This document shows positions 39,590 through 49,556 of a stretch of 53,468 bases of DNA, piece by piece. Location of the stretch: NCBI GenBank assembly GCA_036568845.1, contig DATCRS010000558.1:1-53468 (forward strand). The letters are read 5' to 3'. Under the pieces are notes generated by a model, which ran no database searches, was not told where the DNA came from, and worked only from the letters and a program-made list of their open reading frames with translations. A program made the position numbers and the translations under genes. Source of the stretch: Devosia sp. Lineage in GTDB: Bacteria; Pseudomonadota; Alphaproteobacteria; Rhizobiales; Devosiaceae. Each line of letters starts with the position of its first letter. Position 1 is the first letter of the stretch.

Positions 39590-40726
39590 CTAGTTGTTCT
39601 CACCCGTCTGGCCGGCAATCTCTTCCACGGTAAAGCCGATATTGCAGGCCGGGAAGTTGTTGCCGGTGAAGAGGCTCCCCGGCAGGTCCGGGAAGGCCTG
39701 CTCGCCCACCTTATAGGGCGAGAACGAGATCGAGGTCGGAAGCGCGATCACCTGCGGGATAACCTCGCCCTTGAGCGCGGCGATTGCCGTCTTGATCGTG
39801 ACGGCCGACTGGGCTGGGCCAGTACCGCCGGATTGGCAGCGCATGCCCTTGTCGTGGTTCTCGTTGCAGAGCAGGCGGAAGGCATTCTCGTCCTCGCCCG
39901 ACATCGGCACGATGAACTTGCCAGCGTCCAGCATGGCCTGCGCCGCGCCCTGCGAGCCGCCTTCGACATAGATGCCGTCGAACATGCCGCCCGCCGCGAT
40001 GGCGTCGGCGGTCACCTTCTGCCCGTCGCCCGGGGCCCAGTTTCCCACCACCTCGGTCACGTTGACCTTGCGGCCACCCGCGGCCAAGGCTTCGGCGAAG
40101 CCGGTCGCACGAGCTATATCCACCGGCTGGCCGGCCGGACCGCGCACGAACAGGAAGTTCGCAGGATCGGCAGTGGTTTCCTTGAGCAGGAACTCGCCGG
40201 CGGTGCGGCCAAGGCCGACCTGGTCGACATTGATCTGGATGTTCATGGGATCGTCGATGACATTGTCGAAAGACAACAGCACGACGCCCGCATCGTTGGC
40301 CTTGCGAACGACGCCGCCGAACGCCGACGAATTGTTGGCATTGACGATGACCGCGTCGAAGCCCTGGTCGATGAAGTTGTTGGCGGCCGCGATCTGGGCG
40401 GCGATATCCTCGCCCACCGAGACCACCTTGAACTCCTTGATCTCCTTGGCGACCTCCGGCTGCTCGGCATACGCCTTGGCCACCTTGATCATCTGCACGC
40501 GCCAGTCATTGGCGATGAAGCCGTTGACCAGGGCGATGCGGTAGGGACCAGGCTTTGCAGGGTATTTGAAGAACTTGGTGTCGGCCGCCCACGGCTTGAA
40601 GCATTCGGGATCGGCGCCGGGCCCCGCGACGATTTCGGGCGCAGCAACGGACGGGGCTGATGCAAGAGCGACGAAGAGACCCGCCGCCACACTCAGTGCA
40701 AGGTTCGATAACGTAGTCGACTTCAC
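39590..40726 (-). CDS. Sugar ABC periplasmic binding protein (RbsB-like fold)
   Basis: GTG start after SD GGAGG, signal peptide, RIALVNGFIANDWRVQM, LFVRGPAG, GNW. Confidence 0.88.
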   Translation of the reverse strand: MKSTTLSNLALSVAAGLFVALASAPSVAAPEIVAGPGADPECFKPWAADTKFFKYPAKPGPYRIALVNGFIANDWRVQMIKVAKAYAEQPEVAKEIKEFKVVSVGEDIAAQIAAANNFIDQGFDAVIVNANNSSAFGGVVRKANDAGVVLLSFDNVIDDPMNIQINVDQVGLGRTAGEFLLKETTADPANFLFVRGPAGQPVDIARATGFAEALAAGGRKVNVTEVVGNWAPGDGQKVTADAIAAGGMFDGIYVEGGSQGAAQAMLDAGKFIVPMSGEDENAFRLLCNENHDKGMRCQSGGTGPAQSAVTIKTAIAALKGEVIPQVIALPTSISFSPYKVGEQAFPDLPGSLFTGNNFPACNIGFTVEEIAGQTGENN

Positions 40727-40860
40727 GGTACATTCCTCCCTTGGTTCAGGGGGAGGAGCAATCCCTCGCACCGGTGCCGTTCTCCCGACAGCACCACGCA
40801 CGCCGACGTCGCACAGCGGCGGCGCCAATCTCTCTCCCCTGTGGGGCACGCTAACAGAGA

Positions 40861-40896
40861 TGAAAGCGCTGTCAATTGCCTTTGAAAGCGCTATCA
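40861..40896. promoter_or_regulatory. Tandem LacI-family operators
   Basis: TGAAAGCGCTGTCA at 40861-40874 and TGAAAGCGCTATCA at 40883-40896, CG-centred palindromes between divergent genes. Confidence 0.82.
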
Positions 40897-40970
40897 TCAA
40901 CTCTCGGCAAATACGCCGCAGTGGTGTCGGCGACCGCCAGGAGGTACACAATCGACGTGACTCGGGGGCG

Positions 40971-42026
40971 TTGTTGAGCAGAAATCGTCGTGCGACTTTG
41001 TCCGATGTGGCGCGCGCCGCCGGCGTCAGCCCGGTCACAGTCTCGCGCGTCATTCGCCAGCCCGGCATGGTCTCGGAAAACCTCCGGCAGCGCGTGTCCG
41101 ATGCCGTAGCGGAACTGCAGTACATTCCCAATCACCTGGCGAGTGCGCTGGCTTCCACGCGCACGAACATCGTCGGCGTCATCGTGCCCTCGCTCACCAA
41201 CGGCGTCTTCGATGACTACGTCGGCGCGATCGAGGACGTGCTGAATCCAGCCGGCTTCCAGGTGCTGGTGCTCAACGTGCGCTATTCCGAGATCGAAGAA
41301 GAGCGCGCGATCCAGGCGCTGATGGGCTATCACCCGGAAGCGATGATCGTCGCGGGAGTCGATCAGACCGATCGCGCGCGGCAACTGCTCAAAACCTCAG
41401 GCGTGCCCGTCGTCCAGACGATGGACGTCACCGACGACCCCATCGACCTCAACATCGGCCTCGATCATGCCGAGGCCGGCGCCGCGGCGGTTCGCTACCT
41501 TCATGGCCTGGGCCACACGCGCATCGCGCACCTCACAGCGCGCGGCGACCCTCGCGCGCGTCGTCGACATGGCGGCTACCTTCGGCAGATGCAGGCGCTC
41601 GGCCTTTCTACCGACGGTCTCGTGCAGAGCCTGCCGCGAATTTCCGATGTCGCCATGGGTAGTGAGCTCTTCTCGAACATCCTCGCCGAAGTGCCCGATG
41701 TTACGGCCGTCTTCACCTGCAATGACGACCTCGCGTTGGGCACGCTGTTCGAATGCCAGCGGCGCGGTCTGCGAGTGCCGGAGGACGTGGCGATCGTCGG
41801 TTTCAACGATCTCGACTTTTGCGTCGCGTCAGTACCGCCGCTTACGTCCGTCTCCACCGAACGGCGCACGATGGGAACCTGGGCAGCCCAGTCGATCCTC
41901 GAGATCATCCGTGGCTCCGGCAAACGGCCGAAGCAGCAGAGCGTAGATGTCGGCTTTTCTATCAAGGTCCGCGGCAGTAGTGACGCGGGACCGGTACCGG
42001 ACAGACGACAGAAGCGCAGCGCCTAG
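40971..42026 (+). CDS. LacI-family regulator (GntR/IdnR-like)
   Basis: ATLSDVARAAGVSPVTVSRV HTH, YIPNHLA, FTCNDDLALG, VPEDVAIVGFND; TTG start approximate. Confidence 0.92.
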   Translation: MLSRNRRATLSDVARAAGVSPVTVSRVIRQPGMVSENLRQRVSDAVAELQYIPNHLASALASTRTNIVGVIVPSLTNGVFDDYVGAIEDVLNPAGFQVLVLNVRYSEIEEERAIQALMGYHPEAMIVAGVDQTDRARQLLKTSGVPVVQTMDVTDDPIDLNIGLDHAEAGAAAVRYLHGLGHTRIAHLTARGDPRARRRHGGYLRQMQALGLSTDGLVQSLPRISDVAMGSELFSNILAEVPDVTAVFTCNDDLALGTLFECQRRGLRVPEDVAIVGFNDLDFCVASVPPLTSVSTERRTMGTWAAQSILEIIRGSGKRPKQQSVDVGFSIKVRGSSDAGPVPDRRQKRSA

Positions 42027-42997
42027 CCGATGCGGCCGAAGAGGTTGCCCGCATCGGGGATGTGCGTGACGATCCGGTCGCTGGTCGCGGTCATCCGATC
42101 CAGCGTCGCCTCAGAAATAGTGCCCTCGAGTGCAGGTGTGACCTCGTGGAGCTGCGCGGCGTTCCGGCCGCCGATCAGCACCATGTCGATCCCCGGACGT
42201 GCCATGGTCCAGCGGATAGCAAGCTGGCCCAGCGGCCGGCCGGCCTCGGCCGCAACCGCCTTCAACTCCTCGACGCCTTCGTAGACGTGCGGCCAGACGT
42301 CGGCGCGGAACGGCAGCACCGAGTTGCGCTGGTCGCCCTCGCGCAGACCGGGATTGCGCCCGAATTTACCGGTCAGGATGCCATGTGCCAGTGCCGAGTA
42401 GGCGATGACCTTGATGCCATTGGCCACGCAGTATGGGATCACGTCGTCCTCGGCATAGCGCCAGAGCAGGTTGTAGCCCAACTGGTGGGCATCGATCGTG
42501 CCCACCTCGGCCACCTGCGCCATCTCGGCAACCGAGAAGTTGCTGACGCCCACCGCTCCGATCTTGCCCTCCGCGCGGGCCCGCTCCAGTCCCTCCATTA
42601 CCGGGCGCATGTCACGGCCGGTCCGGGGCCAGTGGATATAGTAGAGATCGATACAGTCGACCCCCAGGCGCTTGCGGCTGCCTTCGACCTGGGCATACAT
42701 CGCCGCCGCCGTGCTTTCCGCTGGATCAGCCTTGGAGGCGATGAAGAGGTCGTCGCGGCGCCCTTTGAGGAACTGCCGATAGAGCTCCTCCGAGTGACCC
42801 TTGCCGTAGCCGGCGCCGGTGTCGAAGTGACGGATGCCGCCATCGAAGGCGGCCTGCATCGCTGCCAACCGGTCGATGTCCTCGTCGCTTGCCAGCGCAT
42901 AGGGCATGTACCACGAGCCGCCGAAGGCAAGTGGCGCCTGCTCAATGGCGCTGGTGCCGATCCGCACGGGTCGCAGCGAAGGGTCGAGGTGGGTCAT
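42023..42997 (-). CDS. Aldo/keto reductase
   Basis: FDTGAGYGKGHSEE, IASK, IDLYYIHWP, IGAVGVSNFS. Confidence 0.92.
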   Translation of the reverse strand: MTHLDPSLRPVRIGTSAIEQAPLAFGGSWYMPYALASDEDIDRLAAMQAAFDGGIRHFDTGAGYGKGHSEELYRQFLKGRRDDLFIASKADPAESTAAAMYAQVEGSRKRLGVDCIDLYYIHWPRTGRDMRPVMEGLERARAEGKIGAVGVSNFSVAEMAQVAEVGTIDAHQLGYNLLWRYAEDDVIPYCVANGIKVIAYSALAHGILTGKFGRNPGLREGDQRNSVLPFRADVWPHVYEGVEELKAVAAEAGRPLGQLAIRWTMARPGIDMVLIGGRNAAQLHEVTPALEGTISEATLDRMTATSDRIVTHIPDAGNLFGRIG

Positions 42998-43003
42998 GGG
43001 CCT

Positions 43004-43474
43004 TCAGATCGGCCGGACGAGCGATTGCGCCGGGCCGCCGGCCCGCATCGCGCGAAGCGCCTCGTACTGCACGCAGCCGGGCGCCATTTCCATGATCTCG
43101 ATGCGGTTGCCGTCGGGGTCGGTGACCCACATGCCGCGGTTGCCATCGACACCGCGCTTGGTAGGTACCAGCGGCGCACTGGCCGGCACGCCCACCGCTT
43201 CGAGATGAGCCGCGGTCATCTCGATGTCGTCGGTGGTGAGACAGAGGTGGTTCACGCCGGTGCGCTCCGGGCCCGCGGCCTCAGCCCCGTCTCCACCAGG
43301 GAACAGCTCCAGGAAGAGTTCGTCCGTCACCCGCAGGTAGGCGATCCAGGGTCGGCCATCCTCTTGGGTCAGGCGCAGGAACTCGGGGAAACCCAACTTG
43401 CGGTAGAACTCGAGCGAGCGATCCAGGTCGTTGACGCGGAAAGCGATGTGTCCGACGCTGCTGAAGGGAGCCAT
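43004..43474 (-). CDS. VOC/glyoxalase-family metalloprotein
   Basis: GHIAFRVNDLDRSLEFY, LELF, NHLCL, DPDGNRIEIME. Confidence 0.9.
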   Translation of the reverse strand: MAPFSSVGHIAFRVNDLDRSLEFYRKLGFPEFLRLTQEDGRPWIAYLRVTDELFLELFPGGDGAEAAGPERTGVNHLCLTTDDIEMTAAHLEAVGVPASAPLVPTKRGVDGNRGMWVTDPDGNRIEIMEMAPGCVQYEALRAMRAGGPAQSLVRPI

Positions 43475-43489
43475 TGCAGTCCTTTCCGG

Positions 43490-44497
43490 CTAGGTGCTGT
43501 CGCGCACGACGAGCTCAGGTTCGATAAGGGTGATGCGCGGCTCGGGCGGCTTGTCGCCGGCCGAGATCAGCCGCAGCAGCCGATCCACCGCAAGGCGCGA
43601 GACGGTGTCGACCGCATAGTTCATGGTCGACAGCGGCGGCTCGGCGAACTCGGTGAATTCGATGTTGTCGTAGCCCATGATGGCAAGGTCTTCCGGCACT
43701 CGGCGGCCGTTGCGGTGGCACCAGCGCAGCGCGCCGAAGGCCAGCGAGTCGTTGTGGCAGAAGACGGCGGTCGGCGGTCGCTCGATGGTCATCAGCTCGT
43801 CGAGGGCAAAAAAGCCGTGCGTCGCGTAGTGCCCGTTGGTGGCGACCACAAGCTCCCGGTCATAGGGGATGCCCGCCTCCGCCAGAGCCTGCTGATAGCC
43901 TTCGAATTTCTCGTTGTTGCCGCTGCCCGGCGTCGGGTTGAGGAGGCCGATCCGCTTGTGCCCGAGCTCGATCAGATGCCGGATGGCTCGCTTCGCCCCA
44001 GCCCGGTCGTCGATGCTCACGGCATCGATGCCGACGTCAGGTCCTGCAATCAGCAGCACCACGGGGAACTGCCGGGTCAGCGCCTTGATGTGGTCGAGCT
44101 CGTGGTGAACGGCGGGGTAGATCAGGATGCCGTCTACACGTCGCGAGCGGAAGGTTTCGAGCGCGCGCTTCTCCTCGGCCAGCGAGTGGTTGGACGTGGC
44201 GAACAGCGTCCCGTAGCCGCGTGCCGCGAGTGCCAGTTCCACCTGCTGGGCGGTCTGGGTCAGGGTCGGGTTCATGATGTCGGTGAGGACGAGACCGATG
44301 GTCTTGGTCTCGCGGCTCACCAGCGCGCGGGCGACGTGGTTGGGCTGGTAGTTGAGCTCCTCGGCGGCGCGCCTGATGACCTCTCGCGTCTCGGTCGGGA
44401 TCCGCGGACTTTCCCGCAGCGCCAGCGAGACCGTGTTGGCTGAGAAGCCGGTCTTTTGCGCGATGTCCTTGAGGCGGATCGGGGAGCGGGTGCTCAT
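43490..44497 (-). CDS. LacI-family regulator
   Basis: LKDIAQKTGFSANTVSLAL, YQPNHVARAL, FCHNDSLAFG, VPEDLAIMGYDN. Confidence 0.93.
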   Translation of the reverse strand: MSTRSPIRLKDIAQKTGFSANTVSLALRESPRIPTETREVIRRAAEELNYQPNHVARALVSRETKTIGLVLTDIMNPTLTQTAQQVELALAARGYGTLFATSNHSLAEEKRALETFRSRRVDGILIYPAVHHELDHIKALTRQFPVVLLIAGPDVGIDAVSIDDRAGAKRAIRHLIELGHKRIGLLNPTPGSGNNEKFEGYQQALAEAGIPYDRELVVATNGHYATHGFFALDELMTIERPPTAVFCHNDSLAFGALRWCHRNGRRVPEDLAIMGYDNIEFTEFAEPPLSTMNYAVDTVSRLAVDRLLRLISAGDKPPEPRITLIEPELVVRDST

Positions 44498-44572
44498 GGG
44501 ATCATCCGGTTGCCGGGTAGGGGCCCTTTCCTGCCTAGCTACGTGAACCCGGGCCGGTCCGCAACGCGCGCC

Positions 44573-45019
44573 TCACGCCGGCACCGCTTCGCCGCGCAGC
44601 CGGGCGATCGCCTTGAGCTGCAGCGAGTCGGGAGCCATTTCCATCAGCTCGATGCGGTTGCCGTCGGGGTCCTCTATCCAGGCCTGCCAATTGCCGTCGA
44701 GTGCCAGCTTCAGCGGCATCAGCAGCGGGATGCCGGCCGCCTCGATCTGGGCCACCACCCCGCGGATATCCTCGACGGCGAGGCACATGTGGTTCATGCC
44801 GTTCGCATTCCATCCGGGCGCCCGGTCGTTCTCGGCGCCGGGGAAGATCTCTAGGTACTGATCGTCGGTGATGCGAAGGTAGACCAGCCAGGTGCTGCCG
44901 TCCTTGTTGTGCAGGCGGAGCATCTCCTCGAATCCAAGCTTCTCCACATAAAACGCCAGCGATCGGTCCAGATCGGTGACCTTTATGGCGACGTGCGCCA
45001 GACCCGCTATCCCCTTCAT
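44573..45019 (-). CDS. VOC/glyoxalase-family metalloprotein, paralog of 43004-43474
   Basis: AHVAIKVTDLDRSLAFY, LEIF, NHMCL, DPDGNRIELME. Confidence 0.9.
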   Translation of the reverse strand: MKGIAGLAHVAIKVTDLDRSLAFYVEKLGFEEMLRLHNKDGSTWLVYLRITDDQYLEIFPGAENDRAPGWNANGMNHMCLAVEDIRGVVAQIEAAGIPLLMPLKLALDGNWQAWIEDPDGNRIELMEMAPDSLQLKAIARLRGEAVPA

Positions 45020-45057
45020 ACTTCCCCCTGACGTGGTTCCTTCGTCCTCGTTCTGAT

Positions 45058-45181
45058 ATGAACGATAATACGAATGTACAAGGTAGCACCGGGCGGTCGA
45101 CTGTCAATCTCGCTTACCACCCTTGGAAATCATAAATTTCCGGATTGACCGCCGCTGGTCTGACAGATTATCGATAATACG
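45058..45181. promoter_or_regulatory. Candidate operators of the second LacI regulator
   Basis: ATGAACGATAATACG at 45058-45072 and palindromic ATTATCGATAAT(ACG) at 45167-45181 in the divergent promoter region. Confidence 0.5.
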
Positions 45182-45231
45182 CCTAGTGATCGAAACGTCC
45201 ACGAGAGGCGGATCGCTGCAGGGGAGGGAAC

Positions 45232-46128
45232 ATGTCTATCCGCTGGAGTCGGTGGTCGCCTCAACTTGCGCTGACCCCTGCGCTCGCCATCACGGCAGTC
45301 GCGTTCGTCGGGGCGATCGGCTGGACCATCTACATGAGCCTCACCCGGTCGCGGCGCTTCGCCGAATACGAGATCGATTGGAGCGAATGGGGCCGCCAGT
45401 ACGAGCGCCTGTTCAAGGACGACGGCTGGATCATCTCACTCAAAAATCTCGTGATCCTCGGGATCGGATCGACGCTTGCTATCGTCTTCGGGTTCATCCT
45501 CGCCGCGCTCATCGATCGCGAGAAGCGGGGGCAGGGCTTCTTCCGGACGGTGTTTCTCTATCCGCTCGCGGTGTCGCTGATCGTCACGGGCGTGGCCTGG
45601 CGGTGGATCTTCAACCCGCAGTACGGGGTGCAGTCGTTCCTCCACGGCATTGGCCTTACCTTCATCAACCTGGACATCCTCACCAATCCGAACACGGCGA
45701 TCTACGCGATCATCCTCGCCTATGTCTGGCAGGGCTCGGGCTTCTACATGGCGCTGATGCTCTCCGGGCTCAAATCGATCAACACCGAGATCTGGAGCGC
45801 CGCCAAGCTCGACGGGGTGAGCATCTGGCGGCTCTATTTCGAGATCATCATTCCGATGATGAAGTTCACCTTCCTCACCTGCGCGATCCTGCTCTCGCTC
45901 GGCGTGGTCAAGGCCTACGACGTCGTGGTCGCGATGACCAATGGCGGGCCTGGACAGGCGACTTGGGTGCCGGGCTACTTCACCATCAATGCCTATTGGG
46001 TGAAATCGAACCTCGGCTTCGCCTCGGCCGCAGCCGTGATCATGCTGCTCATCACGGCGGCGATCTTCCTGCCTCTCGTCCTTCTTACGGCGTGGCGCGA
46101 ACGGGCGCGGGTGGCGCAAGTCCAATGA
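45232..46128 (+). CDS. CUT1 sugar ABC permease (GtsB/MalF-like)
   Basis: FFRTVFLYPLAVSLIVTG, EAA-like EIWSAAKLDG. Confidence 0.9.
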   Translation: MSIRWSRWSPQLALTPALAITAVAFVGAIGWTIYMSLTRSRRFAEYEIDWSEWGRQYERLFKDDGWIISLKNLVILGIGSTLAIVFGFILAALIDREKRGQGFFRTVFLYPLAVSLIVTGVAWRWIFNPQYGVQSFLHGIGLTFINLDILTNPNTAIYAIILAYVWQGSGFYMALMLSGLKSINTEIWSAAKLDGVSIWRLYFEIIIPMMKFTFLTCAILLSLGVVKAYDVVVAMTNGGPGQATWVPGYFTINAYWVKSNLGFASAAAVIMLLITAAIFLPLVLLTAWRERARVAQVQ

Positions 46129-47063
46129 CGACGATCGTGGAACGAGCGCTTAGCGACGGGGTGAACCGGGACGTGATCGTCGAGCGGGCGCCGCTTTATC
46201 CGCGCCGGGCGAAGCGGATCTCCGGACGGTCGATCGCGATCATCTGCTTCCTCACCATCTGCGCCGCATTCTTCTGTCTGCCGCTCTACATGGTGGTCGT
46301 CACCTCCTTTAAGACGATGGACCAGATCCGGCTGGGCGAGGTGTTCTCGCTGCCGATGCCGTGGACGTTCGATGCGTGGTGGAAGGCCTGGGACAGCGCC
46401 TGCACCGGCATCGAGTGCAACGGCATGAAGGTCGGGTTCTGGAACTCGGTGGGGATACTCTTCCCCTCGATGATCCTCGCCATCACACTCTCGGCCATCA
46501 ACGGCTACGCGCTCGCGCTCTGGAACGTGAAGTGGGCGGGCACTTTCCTCTTCCTGCTCTTCATCTGCGCCTTCGTGCCGTTCCAGATCATCATGATCCC
46601 GCTCGTGATCCTGAGCGCCGGCCTCAAGGTCTATGGCTCGATCTGGGGCATCGCACTGGTTCATGCGGTCCTCTCGATGCCGCTGCTGACGCTGATCTTC
46701 CGCAACTACTACAAGGACATCCCGCAGGAGATCATGAGCGCCGCGATCATGGATTCGGGGTCCTTCTGGCGCATCTTCATCGAGATCATCCTGCCGATGT
46801 CGGCAAACATCCTGATCGTCGTGCTGATCCTCCAGATCACCTCGATCTGGAACGACTTCCTGATCGGGCTGACCTTCGGCGGACTGGGGACGCAGCCGAT
46901 GAGCGTCGTGCTCGCCAACGTCGTCATCACCTCGACGGGCGAGGTCCGCTACAACGAGAACATGGCGGCCGCGCTGCTCACGGCCATTCCGCCCCTCGTC
47001 ATCTATTTCGTCCTGGGACGGTTCTTCGTCCAGGGCATCACTGCCGGGGCGATCAAGGGGTAG
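46125..47063 (+). CDS. CUT1 sugar ABC permease (GtsC/MalG-like)
   Basis: ATGA overlap; PLYMVVVTSFK, IPQEIMSAAIMD, IWNDFL, FFVQGITAGAIKG. Confidence 0.9.
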   Translation: MTTIVERALSDGVNRDVIVERAPLYPRRAKRISGRSIAIICFLTICAAFFCLPLYMVVVTSFKTMDQIRLGEVFSLPMPWTFDAWWKAWDSACTGIECNGMKVGFWNSVGILFPSMILAITLSAINGYALALWNVKWAGTFLFLLFICAFVPFQIIMIPLVILSAGLKVYGSIWGIALVHAVLSMPLLTLIFRNYYKDIPQEIMSAAIMDSGSFWRIFIEIILPMSANILIVVLILQITSIWNDFLIGLTFGGLGTQPMSVVLANVVITSTGEVRYNENMAAALLTAIPPLVIYFVLGRFFVQGITAGAIKG

Positions 47064-47066
47064 CGC

Positions 47067-48165
47067 ATGCCACGCGTATTGTTCGAAGACATCATCAAAG
47101 ACTACGGCAAGCTGACCGTTCTCAAGAACCTCGACCTCGTGATCGAGGACGGCGAGTTCGTGGTGCTGCTGGGGCCGTCGGGCTGCGGGAAGACGACGCT
47201 GCTCAACCTGCTCGCGGGGCTCCTCGACGTCACCGCCGGCCGCATCTCGATCGGCGACCGCGACGTGACCGACCTCGATCCCAAGGATCGCGGCCTGGCA
47301 ATGGTATTCCAGTCCTACGCGCTCTATCCGACCAAGACGGTGGAGGGGAACCTCCGCTTCGGGCTCTCGGCGCAAAAGCTCGACAAGGCGGAGGTCGACC
47401 GGCGCGTGGCATGGGCGGCCAAGCTCCTGCAGATCGAGGCTCTGCTCGACCGCAAGCCGGCACAGCTTTCGGGCGGGCAACGCCAGCGCGTCGCGATCGG
47501 GCGGGCGCTGGTCAAGCAGGTGCCGGTGTTCCTCTTCGACGAGCCGCTGAGCAACCTCGATGCAAAGCTCCGCACCGAGATGCGGCTCGAGATCAAGAAG
47601 CTCCACGACGAGCTCAAGTCGACCATCGTCTACGTCACGCACGACCAGATCGAGGCGATGACCATGGCAACCAAGATCGCGGTGATGAACGCCGGGGGTG
47701 ATCCAGCAGTTCGGGACGCCCGACGAGATCTACGGCAACCCGCAGAATCTCTTCGTCGCGGGCTTCATCGGGTCGCCGGCGATGAACCTCCGACACGGGA
47801 CCATCGCGGCGAAGAATGGGACCATCGGTGCGTCCACGGGCGGCGTCGATCTCGGTCTCGATCGCTACCCGTTCGCGACGCGGCCCGCCGACGGGCAGCC
47901 AATCGTCGTCGGCCTCCGCCCTGAGCACTTTGGCGGGCCCGGCGAGGCTATGGCCGATGCGGCGACCACATTCGACCTACCGGTGCAATACACCGAAAAG
48001 ACCGGCGGCGATGCGACCGGCTACCTCAAGTTCAACGACGGCCTGCTTGCGGTGCGCGTCGACCCTGAGCGGGTCAATGGCCTGTCCCAGGGTACGCGGG
48101 TCAAGGTGTCGTTCCCGCAATCGAAGCTTCACGTATTCGACGCCCAGAGCGGGCGCCGGCTCTAG
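47067..48165 (+). pseudogene. MalK-type ABC ATPase with a +1 frameshift (real lesion or sequencing error)
   Basis: [30 protein letters not shown]; the frame switches at the G5 run 47694-47698, and removing one G gives [12 protein letters not shown] and a continuous ORF to the stop at 48165. Confidence 0.85.
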
Positions 48166-48242
48166 GCCGCAGGACCGGACAGCCTGCGGAGACGACCGAG
48201 AATGCCAACCGCGCAAGAAGCGCGCACAGGGAGAGAGACGAA

Positions 48243-49487
48243 ATGAAACACTTCATTCTTTCGGCACTGGCCGCGGGGCTCATGATAGGCACGGCGCCCA
48301 GTGCGCTCGCCACCGAGCTCATCATCTATCACACCTGGTCGACGCCCGCGGAGGTTGCGGCGCTCACCGAGCTCCGCACCAACTGGGAAGCCAAGGGGCA
48401 CGTCTGGAAGGATCTCGCGATTCCCCACAACTCGGGCGTCAACGTGAGCCTTATCAACATGATCACCGGCGGCGAGCCGCCCAACGTGTTCGTGAGCTCC
48501 GACCCCAACCTCTATCGCGACCTTGCCGGTCTTGGGCTCGAATACGATCTCACCGAGTACTACAAGTCGATCGGCGCGACCGAGAACCTCTTCCCGATCG
48601 TGCGCGACCTCTCGACGGTCGACGGCAAGATGGTGAAGATCCCGCTCTTCCTCCACATCGACGGCATGGTCTACTGGAACAAGGAGGTTGCAGCGGCAAC
48701 CGGCGTGGACCCGGCGAGTTGGACCAGCATCGACCAGATGATCGCCGACTTCGACAAGGTGAAGGCGCAGGGTTACGTGGCGGCGGCCGTCGGTGGCCAG
48801 GCCTTCCAGGTTGGCTACCTGTTCCACGCGCTCCTGGCGGCGGTGGGCGGCCCCAAGATCTACAACCGCATGTATGCCGAACAGCCCGACGCTACCGTCT
48901 TCGACACGCCGGAATTTGCCAAGACGGTCGAATATCTGCGGGTGTTCTCGGAACAGGCAACTCCAGAGAGCGAAAACCGTCCCTGGAACGAGACCACCAA
49001 CACGGTAATCACCGGCAAGGCCCTGTTTCACATCATGGGCGACTGGATGAAGGGCGAGTGGAAGGCCGCAGGCAAGGTTCCGGGCGTCGATTTCGGTTGT
49101 GCCGTGATCCCCGGTGCGAAGGCGGTTCCCGTGACCTCCGACGCGATGGGCATCAAGGGCGCCGTCGAGGGTGAGGTCGAACAGGCCGAGCTCGATTTCG
49201 TGGCGACTGCCGTGGATGCCAAGGTGTCGGGCGCCATGAACCAGAAGAAGGGCTCGACCCCGCCGCGCATGGACGCACCCGCGGAGCTTCTCGATGAGTG
49301 CAACGTCGTCGCGATGGACGCGATGAGCGTTCCGAACGGGCAGGTGAAAAACCCGTTCAACGTGATCGACGCCGACTGGAACAACGCCATCTGGACCGTG
49401 ATGTACAACTTCTGGTCGGACAAGTCGCAGACGGTCGAGGACGTCATCGCCGCGCTCAAGGATGAGCACGACGCCATTTTCGGCTAA
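48243..49487 (+). CDS. CUT1 sugar-binding periplasmic protein (GtsA-like)
   Basis: Signal peptide, IYHTWS..EVAAL, IMGDWMKGE. Confidence 0.88.
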   Translation: MKHFILSALAAGLMIGTAPSALATELIIYHTWSTPAEVAALTELRTNWEAKGHVWKDLAIPHNSGVNVSLINMITGGEPPNVFVSSDPNLYRDLAGLGLEYDLTEYYKSIGATENLFPIVRDLSTVDGKMVKIPLFLHIDGMVYWNKEVAAATGVDPASWTSIDQMIADFDKVKAQGYVAAAVGGQAFQVGYLFHALLAAVGGPKIYNRMYAEQPDATVFDTPEFAKTVEYLRVFSEQATPESENRPWNETTNTVITGKALFHIMGDWMKGEWKAAGKVPGVDFGCAVIPGAKAVPVTSDAMGIKGAVEGEVEQAELDFVATAVDAKVSGAMNQKKGSTPPRMDAPAELLDECNVVAMDAMSVPNGQVKNPFNVIDADWNNAIWTVMYNFWSDKSQTVEDVIAALKDEHDAIFG

Positions 49488-49494
49488 CCTCCCG

Positions 49495-49535
49495 AAGGCA
49501 CGCCGGACGGCAACGCCCGGTGTGCCTTTTTCTTT
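49495..49535 (+). terminator. Intrinsic terminator-like hairpin after the binding protein gene
   Basis: AAGGCACGCCGG..GCAA..CCGGTGTGCCTT followed by TTTCTTT. Confidence 0.7.
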
Positions 49536-49556
49536 CGGTGAACATCAGGGAACGAG

